This document shows positions 12,301-23,354 of a stretch of DNA of 64,000 nucleotides, piece by piece. This stretch comes from Ophelia neglecta (lineage: Eukaryota): contig OZ260662.1 in NCBI GenBank assembly GCA_965285935.1, forward strand, positions 71,052,001-71,116,000, in the 5' to 3' direction. The translations under genes and the position numbers were made by a program. The notes beneath the pieces are model-generated. The model was not told the DNA's origin, searched no databases, and worked only from the letters and a program-made list of their open reading frames with translations. The stretch's first letter is position 1, and each line of letters begins with the position of its first letter.

Positions 12301-15300
12301 TTCGCAAGACCGTCCGACAAATCCACTTCGACACTTACACATTCCTGGTTCAATGCAGGTACCCCCGTTCTTACAGTCAGGTTTGCAGATTGCTGGAAAA
12401 GTAATTTGTCCAATATAACCTTCTACTTGTCGTAGTGTATACTTGAGAGTAGTATAATAAAATCTTCGTTTTCAAGGGGAGTTTAATTCCCAAACAGGAT
12501 GTTATAGGTTTGTGGAATACGTACGCTCGTCGCAGGAGTCGCCTTTCCAGCCTGCACAGCACTTTCGGACAGTTTGTGCAACATCCCTATATAATATGTG
12601 AAGGAAAATGATTAATACAATGTACGAAATCCAATTTATGGAAACAGCATCAGTTAATGGATGATGGCATTTTGACAATTATAGATACGAATAAGAAATA
12701 GAAAATCAGCAAATAGCAAAGATAATTAGACAGTAAACAGATAAAAACATAATTATTGTAAATCTAATGTTTGGAGAGACACGAGATTGCAATAGAATAG
12801 CATAGAAGCAAATTCAGCTTTCAATTTTATATATGTTTCTACCAAATCTCAAGTTTGGCGTATATAAATATATTAACTAAAATACGTACATTTTGAAAGT
12901 ACATTCGGGAGCATCCGGGTCATTTGCCCAGTTCCTCATCTGTTGTTGCAGTTGAGCGTCACTCCAGTCAGTCAATCCAGACATATTTCGGTCCAGCATC
13001 CAGCCATGGATGACATGGTCCATAAAACTGCCACATGAGTCCGTCAAGTAGTCAGGTCGGAATTCAGTTGTATCACAGAAATGTTCACTGTTATGAGAGA
13101 AGAATATGTGTGTTTCATATCTATTTAATTTAGGGGTTCATTTAGGAATTTAGGATAGTTTTGGGTTGAGCGGGAAGTGGGAAGATAGAGGCATTATTAA
13201 TATTAATGGTTTAAGCTACATATACATTCTAAGCGGTTTAGTGTCGTTCCAATAAGCATGCAATCATCGGAAAAAGTATTAGGGGAACAAATCTGGTTAT
13301 TTAATCTCCCTGGCAAATAACAATGTGACAAGAAAGAGAAACCAGGCAAAATTCTAAAGTAACATATTGTTTAAAACACAAATTCTACTTATTCATCCCT
13401 AACTATTGAGGGTATGTCATAAGATGATTTACATCGAGATTTAAATTTCCCGACAAGGGTATATTTCTTAATAGTAATTGGAAGTTCATTCCATTATTTG
13501 GCACCGAGAGCTAAAACTCTCGCTTGTCCTTGAGGGCCCTAGGCACCGTCACAATGTAGACAATGCTTGTTGCATGACCATGAGACACATTAGCTCCTTT
13601 CCTGTGTATGTTTAAAGCGTCCTATCTTAATTAGAAATTCAAGAGGGTCTATTTGAACGCTGGTAGGTAGAGTGAGTGGCTGAAGACTCCATTCTGAGAT
13701 AATTCATTGTCTGGATCCAGAACGATTTTCTAGCTGCCTTAAATATACAGGTTTGAAAAACGCTGGAAGTAGGGGCTTCATATCTCGACTTTATGACAGT
13801 GGGGCCTTAAACCTATTTGATCAGCAGGTAAAATTATGAAATGAGGCCGAGCATAGCTGTATAACCACATACTTCTCACAACACATTTAATTAGTAGTTT
13901 GCAGAGACTTCTTAATCAATACGGCACGTGCGCTTCCCGCTTGATGCACACAGCAGCTTAACTAATGGTGGCTTCATTGCTCTGACAACACGTGGTTAAA
14001 TTAAGTTACTGCTTCTAATTAATGAGGCAGCTAATTTATCTGGGGCGTCTTTCATAAAAGTCAGATAAATTCTTGCTAGCGTTCAATAGCTAAAAAAACA
14101 ATCTAGGTAACTTTTAACAAATTATTAGTCGGCTATCGTAAGCCAATTCTAAGGTATGGCTAGGCTAATTAATTGTAATTGGCAGGATTTGTTGCCCACG
14201 CTTAAGCTAGTAAAACTGCGCTTAAAATATATGTTTTTTTTTTATATATTATCTAAATCCTACAGATAGATACTGGCTTAAATCCTGGTCAGAGAAAACC
14301 TAAGGTGGCTAACTGGCCGGCTCGGATTTAAGCTAAACTTTACCATTCTGGGCTTGAACCTAAGATTTTTAAAACCGTCTAGCCCAGCAAATATAGCTTT
14401 AGCGCACTTCTAGCTGGTTAACCACTTATCTGACTTTATGACCCCCCCCCCCCCCCCTGGAGTTTCACACAGATACAAGCTACGGAAGTTTAATTGTGAG
14501 CAGGCTATCGTAAGCCAAATCTAAGGTAGCTATAGGCTATAGTATTGTTGAGATTAGCAGGATTTCATTGACCACAATTGAGCTATTCTATCATAAAAAT
14601 GTGTAAGATTTATGTTTCGTCCATTGTCGATGTCCTGTAGGTAGATACTGGCTCGAATCCTAGCTAGAGAAACCCTGAGGTGGCTTCCTGGCCGGCCAGG
14701 ATTTTAGCTTAAGCTTACACGTCTTGGGATTAGTTTATAGCCAGCTTAGTTTATTTTTGAAACCGTTTAGTCTAGTTTATATAGCTTTAGCTCACATATT
14801 TAGCTAGCTAACGTATAAGCAACCACTTATCCGAATTCTATGAAACAGGGGGGTCACAAAAGTCGGATAAGTGGCTTTGAAATTCTAGTATTTTCAGTCC
14901 GCCCTTCTAGAAATTCTAATTAGTGTACTCATCTGGAATCTGATCTCGATATCCTGGTTTATCATGTCCGCCGTTCCTAAAATACTGGCATTTTCCCAGA
15001 GTCTTATTACCCTAGTATATTGAGTCCGGGGGACTTAACAACCGTGGGACCAGGTAATCTTATATGTCCTGTCTCAATTTTTACTTATTCATAAGCATAC
15101 CATCAAAATTTTACTATTCACATCTATTCCTTATAATCCAGCTAGTGGTCTGTTTTTCCTGCTTCTTTAGGTCTATTGCAGGCCAGCCGACAAGCAATAT
15201 TAAATAAACTATCAGCAACCAATGGACGAAATTTATGGTGATTGTTCTAAGCGTTCTTACGATTGGTTCTGTGACTAATCGTAATTTGAAACACAGTCAC

Positions 15301-17748
15301 TGCGCTACAACAATCATCTTCGTGCTAAATTTACCTACATTCCGTCGGAACGGGCTATTTAATGTTATCTCCTATACTATACAGTTTGCTATATATGCCA
15401 AGTCAGAAGCTATACATCAAAAGAAATAATTATATTACTTTTTCAAACAATGTGCAATTCTTTACTTTCATGTGTGCGAAATCATCAGCTTTTGAAATTT
15501 TTCACCCTCACGTAGAGAGCGCGAGACCACTTCTTGTGCGGGCTAGTTGGGTGTCGTCGTTCGGTTCGAGAAAGTTTACCTTATAATTGGCGAATTTTAT
15601 GTTTGGCGTCGAGCATTATTATTTTGTACGTGCAACAATCTAAATCATTTCAAAAGAAAGTGGATTAGATTATCATTTGGCTGAGTACAAATCGGGAAAC
15701 CTTTCCGTCTCGCTAATAAGATGAATGTGAAGACTCGATCATATAGGTTATATATGTTTTGTGCAACTTTCGTGTCACATAATGCTGCGCTGTTAGCTTT
15801 TATTAGGACCTTCAAGTATGTCGTCGCTAGGTTTACAGATCTGCATTATGATTTACAGCCAAAAATACAGATTGGCGCTTTTAATAGGAAATGCTTACTA
15901 TGTATCTGTAGGTATAGTAACAGATAATAAGAATGTGTAAGCCATACAGGCCTTCATTAATAATTTTGTAAACTGTTCATGAAATAGTAATACACATGGT
16001 TATTTCAAACACTATATTGGTATCTGTATTTTGTTGTCTACTGTTGCTTGTACAGTTTTTAAAAAGTACGGCTTAAAGCGCGGGCTTGCACAATTATTAG
16101 CTTTAGATACTTAATCAGTCCTATTTCAGTCTCATCCTAACAGTAATAGGCCTAGTTACACATGATCTGTTCTATTTTCAAGCCGGTTTGCTATTTTCAG
16201 AGTCTCTTAAGAGGAAAATGTAATATTTTTGTAACCGTTTATTGGAAATATATACACGCCGACTAAAATGATACAGCTTATAGATATTTAGTCATGAAAA
16301 CGAGAATAGAGTTAATTATTTTAGACAGAGCGCAAATCTCAAACATCGGCAGCTGCGAGATGTGACTTATAGGCCTAATGCAATGGAAATTAATAAAGGT
16401 ATAGGCTTCGCGAAATGCTCACAAAGTGTACATTGAGTGGCTTAGTACTATAGTATTTTAAATTACATTCAAACCAAAACTGAGTTAGCCATTGCTTAAT
16501 TGAGGTAGAAGAATTAAATGTCTATGTTGGGAATTGCTGGCTAATATCTCGATAGAAAAGGCACCATCTGGCGAGTAAAAGAATAGCGACTAGAGAAAAA
16601 TAATAAAAGCATTTAATTATTAGTGCAAGAGTGGCCTCTGTGACATACTATAATCGACTAAGCGAATGCCCAATAAGCATGACGAAACAACGCAATTTCT
16701 AACACAACTAGTAATAGGCCTACATAGAAATAGTTCAGCTCCCAATGTGAAAAAAAAATCATTCAATGGATGCAGGCATGGGTTTTTTCATAATAAAAAG
16801 CTATAGAATGCCCAAGAAGTTGGGATGGCTTTATTTTTGATAACGGGCGAAGTGAGTTGAGTGCAATAGCGGGCTAAGCGACAATTCCAAGGCTTAATCA
16901 TATTAACAATAGGTTTAATGTTTTAATGTAAATCTATCAATTATCGATGGAAAGCGGCGGCAGGTGGCAATAATCGAGAACACATCTTTATACATCGGCC
17001 ATTTTCCTTGTGAAACAATACCTCCTTGCAACACATGCTGCCAAAGGTATAAGCCTATTAATGCAAGCAGTTCCAAACAGAGGTGTGCCTTATTAAAGCG
17101 ATGGTTATAAATGTACTTAATTTCACTAAATCAACCTAAAGCAGAAATGTAAAGAATGTTTCCAATTAAAACTAAATAATGTCATGCAGAATTATTCACA
17201 GCTTTCAAAGATGGATGAAATTTGCAAAGCTTAGCTTCTGTTATGTTGTTATGAATTCACCTGTCTCATTTTATAGAACAAAGTTAAACATAATTTTCTG
17301 ATAAGTGATGTACATTTTTTAATTACGTGAAACAATTAACGTGCCCTGTTCTTATTGGCGGTTTCTTTTTCACGAAGGCCAAAAGTGTGTCTTAATGGTA
17401 ATAATGATTTGAACCCAATTCAGCATAGTAAATCTCCATTACTACAAATACTCGCATGTCTAATAAACAAAATAGAGTATAACTTCGCAAAGTCAATGTC
17501 AGTTCAAATAAAAGATTACAGTCAAAAGGAGAAGTTTCATGGCGGGAGGGACGTGCGTCGCGCTTACAAATAGCTTGCCTCGTATTATTTATTAGCATAG
17601 TAAAAAAACAAACAATAGTGTATACAATAACGGGGTGAAATTAAACAATTACTTACTTCTCTTGGGCATTTGTCCAAAGAGTGGGTCCGGCTAACAGTAC
17701 TGTCGATAGGAGAAATACAAGAGTGGGGTCAAAGGAAAGCCCGCCCAT
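147..17748 (-). CDS. SSPO: SCO-spondin-like secreted VWD/C8/TIL/LDLa glycoprotein, 5' part (27 exons in window; continues beyond position 1)
   Basis: Manual splice of exons 17657-17748, 12890-13087, 12525-12586, 12288-12392, 11619-11828, 11236-11420, 10972-11089, 10206-10373, 9970-10055, 9707-9820, 9244-9436, 8583-8823, 8124-8265, 7473-7817, 7180-7341, 6515-6758, 5741-6002, 5409-5610, 5081-5172, 4507-4765, 3881-4013, 3309-3508, 2971-3104, 2083-2192, 848-997, 542-635, 147-313 (4468 nt). All introns are GT-AG with matching phases. Three D assemblies followed directly by LDLa is the SCO-spondin layout; VWF and gel-forming mucins have no LDLa there. A further acceptor (ttttttcag on minus) lies at positions 3-11. 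The symbol means '-like'; orthology was not tested. Confidence 0.88.
542..635 (-). CDS. Gene 1 exon 26: TIL3/E3 ([22 protein letters not shown]...ECQN)
   Basis: Phase 1-2; GTAAGC donor. Confidence 0.92.
848..997 (-). CDS. Gene 1 exon 25: TIL3 ([17 protein letters not shown]...EGCFCPEG)
   Basis: TIL pattern; phase 1-1. Confidence 0.93.
1847..1906. repeat. Two-copy roughly 31-bp tandem duplication (GATTGAA.GCGACAATG.TTGATAGT)
   Basis: Read directly. Confidence 0.8.
2083..2192 (-). CDS. Gene 1 exon 24: C8-3 second half ([37 protein letters not shown])
   Basis: GGDCxCxC D3 signature; phase 2-1; not in the ORF track. Confidence 0.93.
2971..3104 (-). CDS. Gene 1 exon 23: C8-3 first half ([13 protein letters not shown]...CLFDAC)
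   Basis: NPxRxxWA..C pattern; phase 0-2; not in the ORF track. Confidence 0.92.
3309..3508 (-). CDS. Gene 1 exon 22: end of VWD3 (GTRVYL...EGLCGDFNG...FGNRWK...C)
   Basis: GLCGDF and FGNxWK motifs; phase 1-0. Confidence 0.94.
3881..4013 (-). CDS. Gene 1 exon 21: VWD3 (…GLTVMWDQ)
   Basis: GLxVxWD motif; phase 0-1. Confidence 0.92.
4361..4399. repeat. (TG)13 microsatellite fused to a G14 tract
   Basis: Read directly; lies in an intron of gene 1. Confidence 0.95.
4507..4765 (-). CDS. Gene 1 exon 20: end of E', start of VWD3 ([14 protein letters not shown]...[14 protein letters not shown])
   Basis: Classic D3 motifs; phase 2-0. Confidence 0.94.
5081..5172 (-). CDS. Gene 1 exon 19: TIL'/E' ([30 protein letters not shown])
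   Basis: CPCxYNG motif; phase 0-2. Confidence 0.92.
5409..5610 (-). CDS. Gene 1 exon 18: end of E2 and TIL'
   Basis: [10 protein letters not shown]...KCPNNMVY...[10 protein letters not shown]; phase 2-0. Confidence 0.92.
5741..6002 (-). CDS. Gene 1 exon 17: TIL2 and start of E2
   Basis: GQVYSEC...[10 protein letters not shown]...CVPPAQCTC; phase 1-2. Confidence 0.92.
6515..6758 (-). CDS. Gene 1 exon 16: C8-2
   Basis: CEYDMC...[21 protein letters not shown]; phase 0-1. Confidence 0.92.
7180..7341 (-). CDS. Gene 1 exon 15: end of VWD2 ([15 protein letters not shown]...DPC)
   Basis: GMCGNYDG motif; phase 0-0. Confidence 0.92.
7473..7817 (-). CDS. Gene 1 exon 14: VWD2 body
   Basis: 115 open codons, [14 protein letters not shown]...[13 protein letters not shown]; phase 0-0. 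Confidence 0.92.
8124..8265 (-). CDS. Gene 1 exon 13: end of E1, start of VWD2
   Basis: [10 protein letters not shown]...[14 protein letters not shown]; phase 2-0. Confidence 0.93.
8583..8823 (-). CDS. Gene 1 exon 12: TIL1 and start of E1
   Basis: [18 protein letters not shown]...GCQCTPG...CPC; phase 1-2. Confidence 0.93.
9244..9436 (-). CDS. Gene 1 exon 11: C8-1 second half ([10 protein letters not shown]...[26 protein letters not shown])
   Basis: C8 WR...C motif; phase 0-1; not in the ORF track. Confidence 0.9.
9707..9820 (-). CDS. Gene 1 exon 10: C8-1 first half (CPDA...[16 protein letters not shown])
   Basis: C8 pattern; phase 0-0. Confidence 0.9.
9970..10055 (-). CDS. Gene 1 exon 9: end of VWD1 (NDMTKYSG...AFGNSF)
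   Basis: FGNS motif; phase 1-0. Confidence 0.9.
10206..10373 (-). CDS. Gene 1 exon 8: VWD1 (LRVRWD...[12 protein letters not shown])
   Basis: GLCGNFDG motif; phase 1-1. Confidence 0.92.
10972..11089 (-). CDS. Gene 1 exon 7: VWD1 ([23 protein letters not shown]...)
   Basis: tag acceptor, GTAAGT donor, phase 0-1. Confidence 0.88.
11236..11420 (-). CDS. Gene 1 exon 6: start of VWD1 ([26 protein letters not shown])
   Basis: VWD TFDG motif; phase 1-0. Confidence 0.92.
11619..11828 (-). CDS. Gene 1 exon 5: 6-Cys TB/follistatin-N-like module
   Basis: YCY...GCF...TLDECC...RSWG...QCTPCP; phase 1-1; within ORF 11518..11853. Confidence 0.88.
12288..12392 (-). CDS. Gene 1 exon 4: EGF-like domain ([30 protein letters not shown])
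   Basis: 6-Cys EGF pattern with CxNGGxC; phase 1-1; GTAAGT donor. Confidence 0.92.
12525..12586 (-). CDS. Gene 1 exon 3: [20 protein letters not shown] (CCxGW motif)
   Basis: tag acceptor, GTACGT donor, phase 2-1. Confidence 0.9.
12890..13087 (-). CDS. Gene 1 exon 2: N-terminal EMI-like segment ([13 protein letters not shown]...PECTFK)
   Basis: cag acceptor, open frame, GTACGT donor, phase 2-2. Confidence 0.85.
14042..14874. mobile_element. Two diverged tandem copies of a roughly 400-bp non-autonomous TIR element, plus a third TIR end, in intron 1 of gene 1
   Basis: Cores start GGCTATCGTAAGCCAA at 14131 and 14503 and share TAGATACTGGCT, AGAGAAA.CCT.AGGTGGCT and AACCACTTATC. Left end TTTCATAAAAGTCAGATAA is inverted against right end TTATCTGACTTTATGA. 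Confidence 0.7.
17657..17748 (-). CDS. Gene 1 exon 1: signal peptide [30 protein letters not shown]
   Basis: ATG at 17748, hydrophobic core, TNA-QE cleavage-like end, AA|GTAAGT donor (phase 2, matches exon 2). Not in the ORF track. Confidence 0.85.
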
Positions 17749-17930
17749 GTTTTAGCGGGCTGTTTGATTTTGTCACTCCACCAACTCCCAATAGATAAAA
17801 CTATTCGTTTTGGAATAAACACACTTGAAAAGATGATTTGTTTTCACAATATGGCTTATCTGCTAGCTGTTCTTCTGTGGTCTACGAGGGTTCTGTCCCT
17901 CGGATTCTAGTCATCAAGCTGTGGTGGTGC

Positions 17931-17938
17931 TTTATATA
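17931..17938 (-). promoter_or_regulatory. TATA box of gene 1 (TATATAAAG on minus strand)
   Basis: Plus-strand ctttatata about 185 bp upstream of the ATG, correctly oriented; implies a TSS near 17900-17905. Confidence 0.6.
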
Positions 17939-20673
17939 TCAGCTATTTCTCAAAGGGGGGGTATCTACCAGTAATAAAATGTACATCAATTTTATGGCCA
18001 CAAGATAACCACGCGGCCATTATTTACACCTTAAAAGCCTAGGCAGATTTTAACAGTAATTTTTAATTTAACATTGCATGTAAAAACCATTTTGTCTGAT
18101 ACATAATTCTTGGGTATTTACAATTCAAGTATTAAATATGACGGGTGGAGCTAGTCTTTCGCCAAAGATACAAAAATGAAGATAATTAGTCAAAAAGATA
18201 TATTTAGTATTGTTTTTTGTTTACCAATTCCAAATGCCCCCCTTCCCATATTGTTATAAAAAGTTTTATGTAAGTAATCGATTATTTTCCGTACCGTTAT
18301 CCAATTATACACGCAGCTTGTATGAAACGTTTTCGAATACACTTCTCGATAAATTCACTGAAGAATATAATTAGGAGACATCTGTGTGCCTCCTTAGTGG
18401 CTGCTGAATATAAGATGGAAGCATATGTTAAAATTCCGATATATTTTACATTGAATTTTCTACCGGTCGATCCTTAATTATTGATTAATACAGAAAACCG
18501 CGGTAAGAGTATTTTGAAGTTGCATTGTTGATCTGTGGCTTGATATTTATGGAATGATTAAAATTAAAAATATATTCTTGATCAATATTCTCAATTGGAA
18601 TGGCTATTGAAGTGCCCAGGGATGGTTTGCTTCAAAGATTTGAATTCTTTGAAGCGCAAGATACTTTGTTATTGAGCAATTTTTGCAGATCATCCTTTAT
18701 TTCGATTAGTAGGAATTATGTTTAAGAAGATGGCTTTACTTTTTTCGATTGAAAGTACATCACTTTTCATCTTGTAATAATAGTTAATTATAACATTCAA
18801 ACTTATATATCTTTATAAAAAGGTTTTAATTAAAAATGTAGACGTAGTTAGTTGAGTGAGATCATCAAGAAGGTTTCCCGACGCCAACACTTTTCAATTA
18901 ATACTTTTGAGGTCAATCAATCAATCAAGCAATCAATAAGTTAATATACTCAACAAGGATGTTAGGTAACTTCAAATTTGTTTTTAGAGAAATGTTGATG
19001 TTTATTCATGATTATGTGCCTTTATGTAACCTATCTTTTTACGCAGATTACAATATTCTGAAAGCTCCCACACTTTGGGTATAAACTTACACAATATATC
19101 CCCTTTTTCTTACCACGGCCATACGATGATAAACACGAACAACTCTATAATGTAGTTCTGAATCCTATACTTGTGGCTGAGAAGTAACTGGTCAGCGCAA
19201 AGATGTGGTGAAGGACTATGATAAGATTCCGGGTAACTATTTTGATTAAATTGGATTTTGTTTATTATAGTTACCTGTCTTAAGTGAAAGGTATCAGTGG
19301 TTACAACATAGAAAAATAACAGTATACCTATCCATCACCGCCCGTAACTTATTACAAATAATTGTTTATATTATCGGTCATTAACAGCCAGGAGAGCAGT
19401 TAGCCAAGTTCCACTACCAGAAAATAACATACCAAATAATGAAGCTAAACACATTTTAATTTAAATTAGTTAGGCGGCATCATACATCATGTACGAAGTA
19501 GCCAACAGAACACTTCGTCTCATTAAAAATACGTCGAACAAGTACTTCGCAGCTTCTATATGTCCGCTCCATAGAGAGACAGACACCTAGAGCAGTCTCG
19601 CGTGACAAAAATGATGGAGGGTTTTAATAGTCCATGAATCAGGCTGCCGGTATTATCGGCTACCGGTATTATCTGAGGGCAGTTTTGTTCTTTGTGATTT
19701 GGGGGATGGTAGACACTTTTATTTTGGGGAAGGGGTAAGAAAAGATGTGATAGCATTGTATAGGTGGTAACGCATTGTGCAGTAACATTTTTATGACAAT
19801 ACACCTAAATTCTGATGTAAATCTGTTATAAAAAGATATCTTAAAGGTTATGTTAACGTTGAAACTAGGCCTACTAGACATTAATGTCGCACTTTCAACT
19901 ATCTACAAGTTACCATGTTGCCAAGGTGGCCAGCTTTCTGAATGCTATTTAACGTGCCAAAAAAAGCCTCAGTACGCCACCAGATTTTACTGTTTCCTGG
20001 ACCCATGCTTGTAGACTGGCATCTCAATGCGCAACGTTTACGGACTGGGCTGGGTTTTTGAAACATCTTTGGCTGTTAGTCGAAAATCAATCTCCATGGT
20101 TTCCAACTTACACTTGAGGTTCTGACATCACATTTATGACTTAAACTTAAGTCGGTTATGAACAAAAGTTCAAGTCCGATTTTTGATCTAGACTTGGACT
20201 CTTCCTAAGTCTGCTTAACATATATCTTCACGATTGATCATAGACTTAAATAACTGTGAGCAGACACGTCCAAGAGCAATAAAAGAAGCAGGAACGGTTT
20301 CAAAACAAAGTTTGATAAGATCTTTTATTTATATGTCAAATTTCCTCGTACGAATGTCCACTTTTCTCACCTAAGTCCAATTTTCAATAAAAAATAAACA
20401 TTCAGTAAGTATGCAAATATTGAATAATTATGTTATTAGAGTAAAAGTATGTCTTCCAATTCTAGACAACAATTATATGAACATGTTCAGTGGATGGGCA
20501 CCAACAAACAAATAAATAGTGTGATCCAAAAAGTAATTTTACCATTAATGCTTTTTTGATATCACTTCAAACTCTTCAAATAACATTAATTCTTCATGGA
20601 TGTGGGATGAGTCCCTATGGTTTTGTTTATTTGCAAACAGCTCGAGCCTGCTTTTGGTCCCCAACATTGCACT

Positions 20674-20716
20674 GGGGGGCCGGGGGGGGGGGTGGGTTGC
20701 GGGAGGGGGGGGGGGG
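20674..20716 (+). repeat. G-run cluster (G6-G11-G3-G3-G12)
   Basis: Read directly. Confidence 0.9.
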
Positions 20717-23354
20717 TCATTGGTATACTGTCTATGTCCGATTAATGAAAGTAAATCCTTTATTTAGCAAGGTGCCAAAAACGTGAGAATGTTATTCTAT
20801 TCTGTGTTAAGTATCTATGTGACGGCTTCACCCCCTTTGATTTTCTTTTAAGAGAACATTATGTTCATTGTAAATCAGTGGTTCCCACAAGCTGCAGCAT
20901 GTGCCATAAATCGAATATGTTATTATTATTCATCATGCAAATCATAATTGCGTTGGTACTACCCGGTCAAATCTCTGTTTTTCATACAAGCGGCAGCTGA
21001 AATTAAAGTTAAGTAGCGACTATCAGGTCTTAGAGCTTATTTGGAGAGTAAGTTTTTTCCTCCCCCACCGCCCTCTAATACTCGGTATACTGACGGTTTT
21101 TAAAATTGTATTTGCAAATTGGACAACAAGGGAAAAATGATTCTGGCGCGAAACAATCAGGAAGCCGGTAGATGGATAAAGTTTATGTCAACGGATATTT
21201 GATTAACACTAATCTGTATATCACCTTTATCTGCGAGAAATTGGGGGATATCTTATCCTAAATAATGCGTACATATAAATACTTACTTCTACTTTACAAG
21301 CAATTGATCCGGCAAAAATGAGCTCATCTGTTTGTTCGGACTAGGCATATACGATTTAAACCAATTCAAACTGTGTGTGCCATTTTAATGTTTTATTTAA
21401 ATTGTAAAATAAAGTGATGGAAGCCTATAATCTTAGAGGTTGTTTAATCATACAAATTGAAAAGAAATGCTTCTAAGCGGCATTATTATGTTTAATTAGC
21501 CTATATAAATTTTGTTCGGTGATCCCTTTATTTCAGATTTAAATGTTCGGTTTTAAGTATATTGCACTCAATCCCATCTATACATCATGCCCAAACCCTT
21601 GTAATGAATAACCAGGAACTTCCTTTAGTACCATCCATTCATGACCTCGTATCTTGAGAATAAAGATTAGGGTAGTCCGAATATCGCATAATGTATGACC
21701 AGAATTTCTTCACACAATCTTGGTCATAAATAGATGACAGAATGGAAAACACAAGCAATAATTTATGGTAAGGCCGCCCAAGCATAATAAACCAGTTGGC
21801 TTCACTTAGGTGGAAGGCGAATTGGCTATTATAGACTGAGACTTGCTTTGTTAAATTCATTGATTGAATTCATTAATTTTATCAATCAGTCTGATATTTG
21901 TTAACAAATTTAAGAAAGACCAATTCACAATGATGGTGTAATAAATATTGTCTGTACAATATACTCCCCGCGTAAGTCTGGCTCACGTGATATGTCCGTC
22001 GCCTAACGCCTCAGATATACTTTCCAATTGAGGTGAACATATATGTTTTAGCCTGTATGATACATAGAGGTCAAGTAATAAAATGTCCATGCCGAAGTAA
22101 AATAAGTAGCATAAACACATATTTTCCTATAATCTATGAATGCAAAATTTATTTCGGCAAGACTCTTTTTGTTCGATATTCTGATGCCGTATCTAAACAC
22201 AAAATATATTCATTCTTACCAATAAGCTGGCATATAAGTATATTAATCATTGAATAGGCACCAATATTTAAAATAATGGCATAATTTTTGCCTTCTACAT
22301 TTCGAAACATGAGATTTGTGCGCACTTTAGGTTTAAGTTCTGATAGATGTTAAAGTAAACCTGAATGTCTCACTACAATTGTTTTAATTTGGAGGCTGCA
22401 AAATTCATTTCTTCGATCTGTTAAGAAGTATAATGTTTGCATGGTGGAAGGAATGGGCTCTTTTGGGAATGATTCTGGGCAGTCAGGGAGCGGAAAAACA
22501 GGTACGATATACGAGCATGTGGCCGGTGGGTGGAGAAATATATTTGGACTGTTTTCACCGGACGAAAACATACCATTTGCCCAGTCATTGAATTAATTTT
22601 TCCCTGTACCTGTGTTTATAGGCAAATAAGCTGGCTACGTTCATATTGAATCATGAGTACCAGCTTAGAAAAATCAATGTGCTAAGCATAAAATCATGAT
22701 TTTTGTTTGAAATAAATTCATGAATAGTTTTAGACTTATTTTTTCCATATCAGCTGTGACTTGATCTGCGGCTATATTAAGCAAAAAACAAATTGATAAA
22801 TAATTTTGGCCAGGGGTTATTTTTGTAATATTTTGATATATTGATAGCCCACTCCATTGTTTATCGAACGAATAATTCCAAAACTAACACTAATCTAGCG
22901 TGTTCTCAATTATTTTATATTGTGTTGAGCGGCCTTTATAAAAAGACATAGCGTTAAAATTGAGTTTGTTCTAGTTGCCAGTTAGTTGTGTTTTGAGTAT
23001 ATATTCCATTCCCAAATGTTAATGAATATGTCTTGACCATTTGCACACAAAAAAACTCTATAGTTGAGTATTTTGTCACACTTGCAAATATATGAGTCAA
23101 GCTTGTTACTAATTTTCTTCAAATTCTACTTTTGACATATATTATTTTGGTTATAATTATTTGCATATGCTATTGCATTTTCAGAAAACAACTGTTCCGA
23201 AGAGCTTCACAGTGGAATAAATAAATGACACAACATCAACATGATAAAATGAATGAATAAATAATACATAATACACACATGGATATTAATATGTAGTAAA
23301 ATAATTAAAATCTATTATGGTATCAAACTAGGATTCAAATTCAAATTTGTAATA

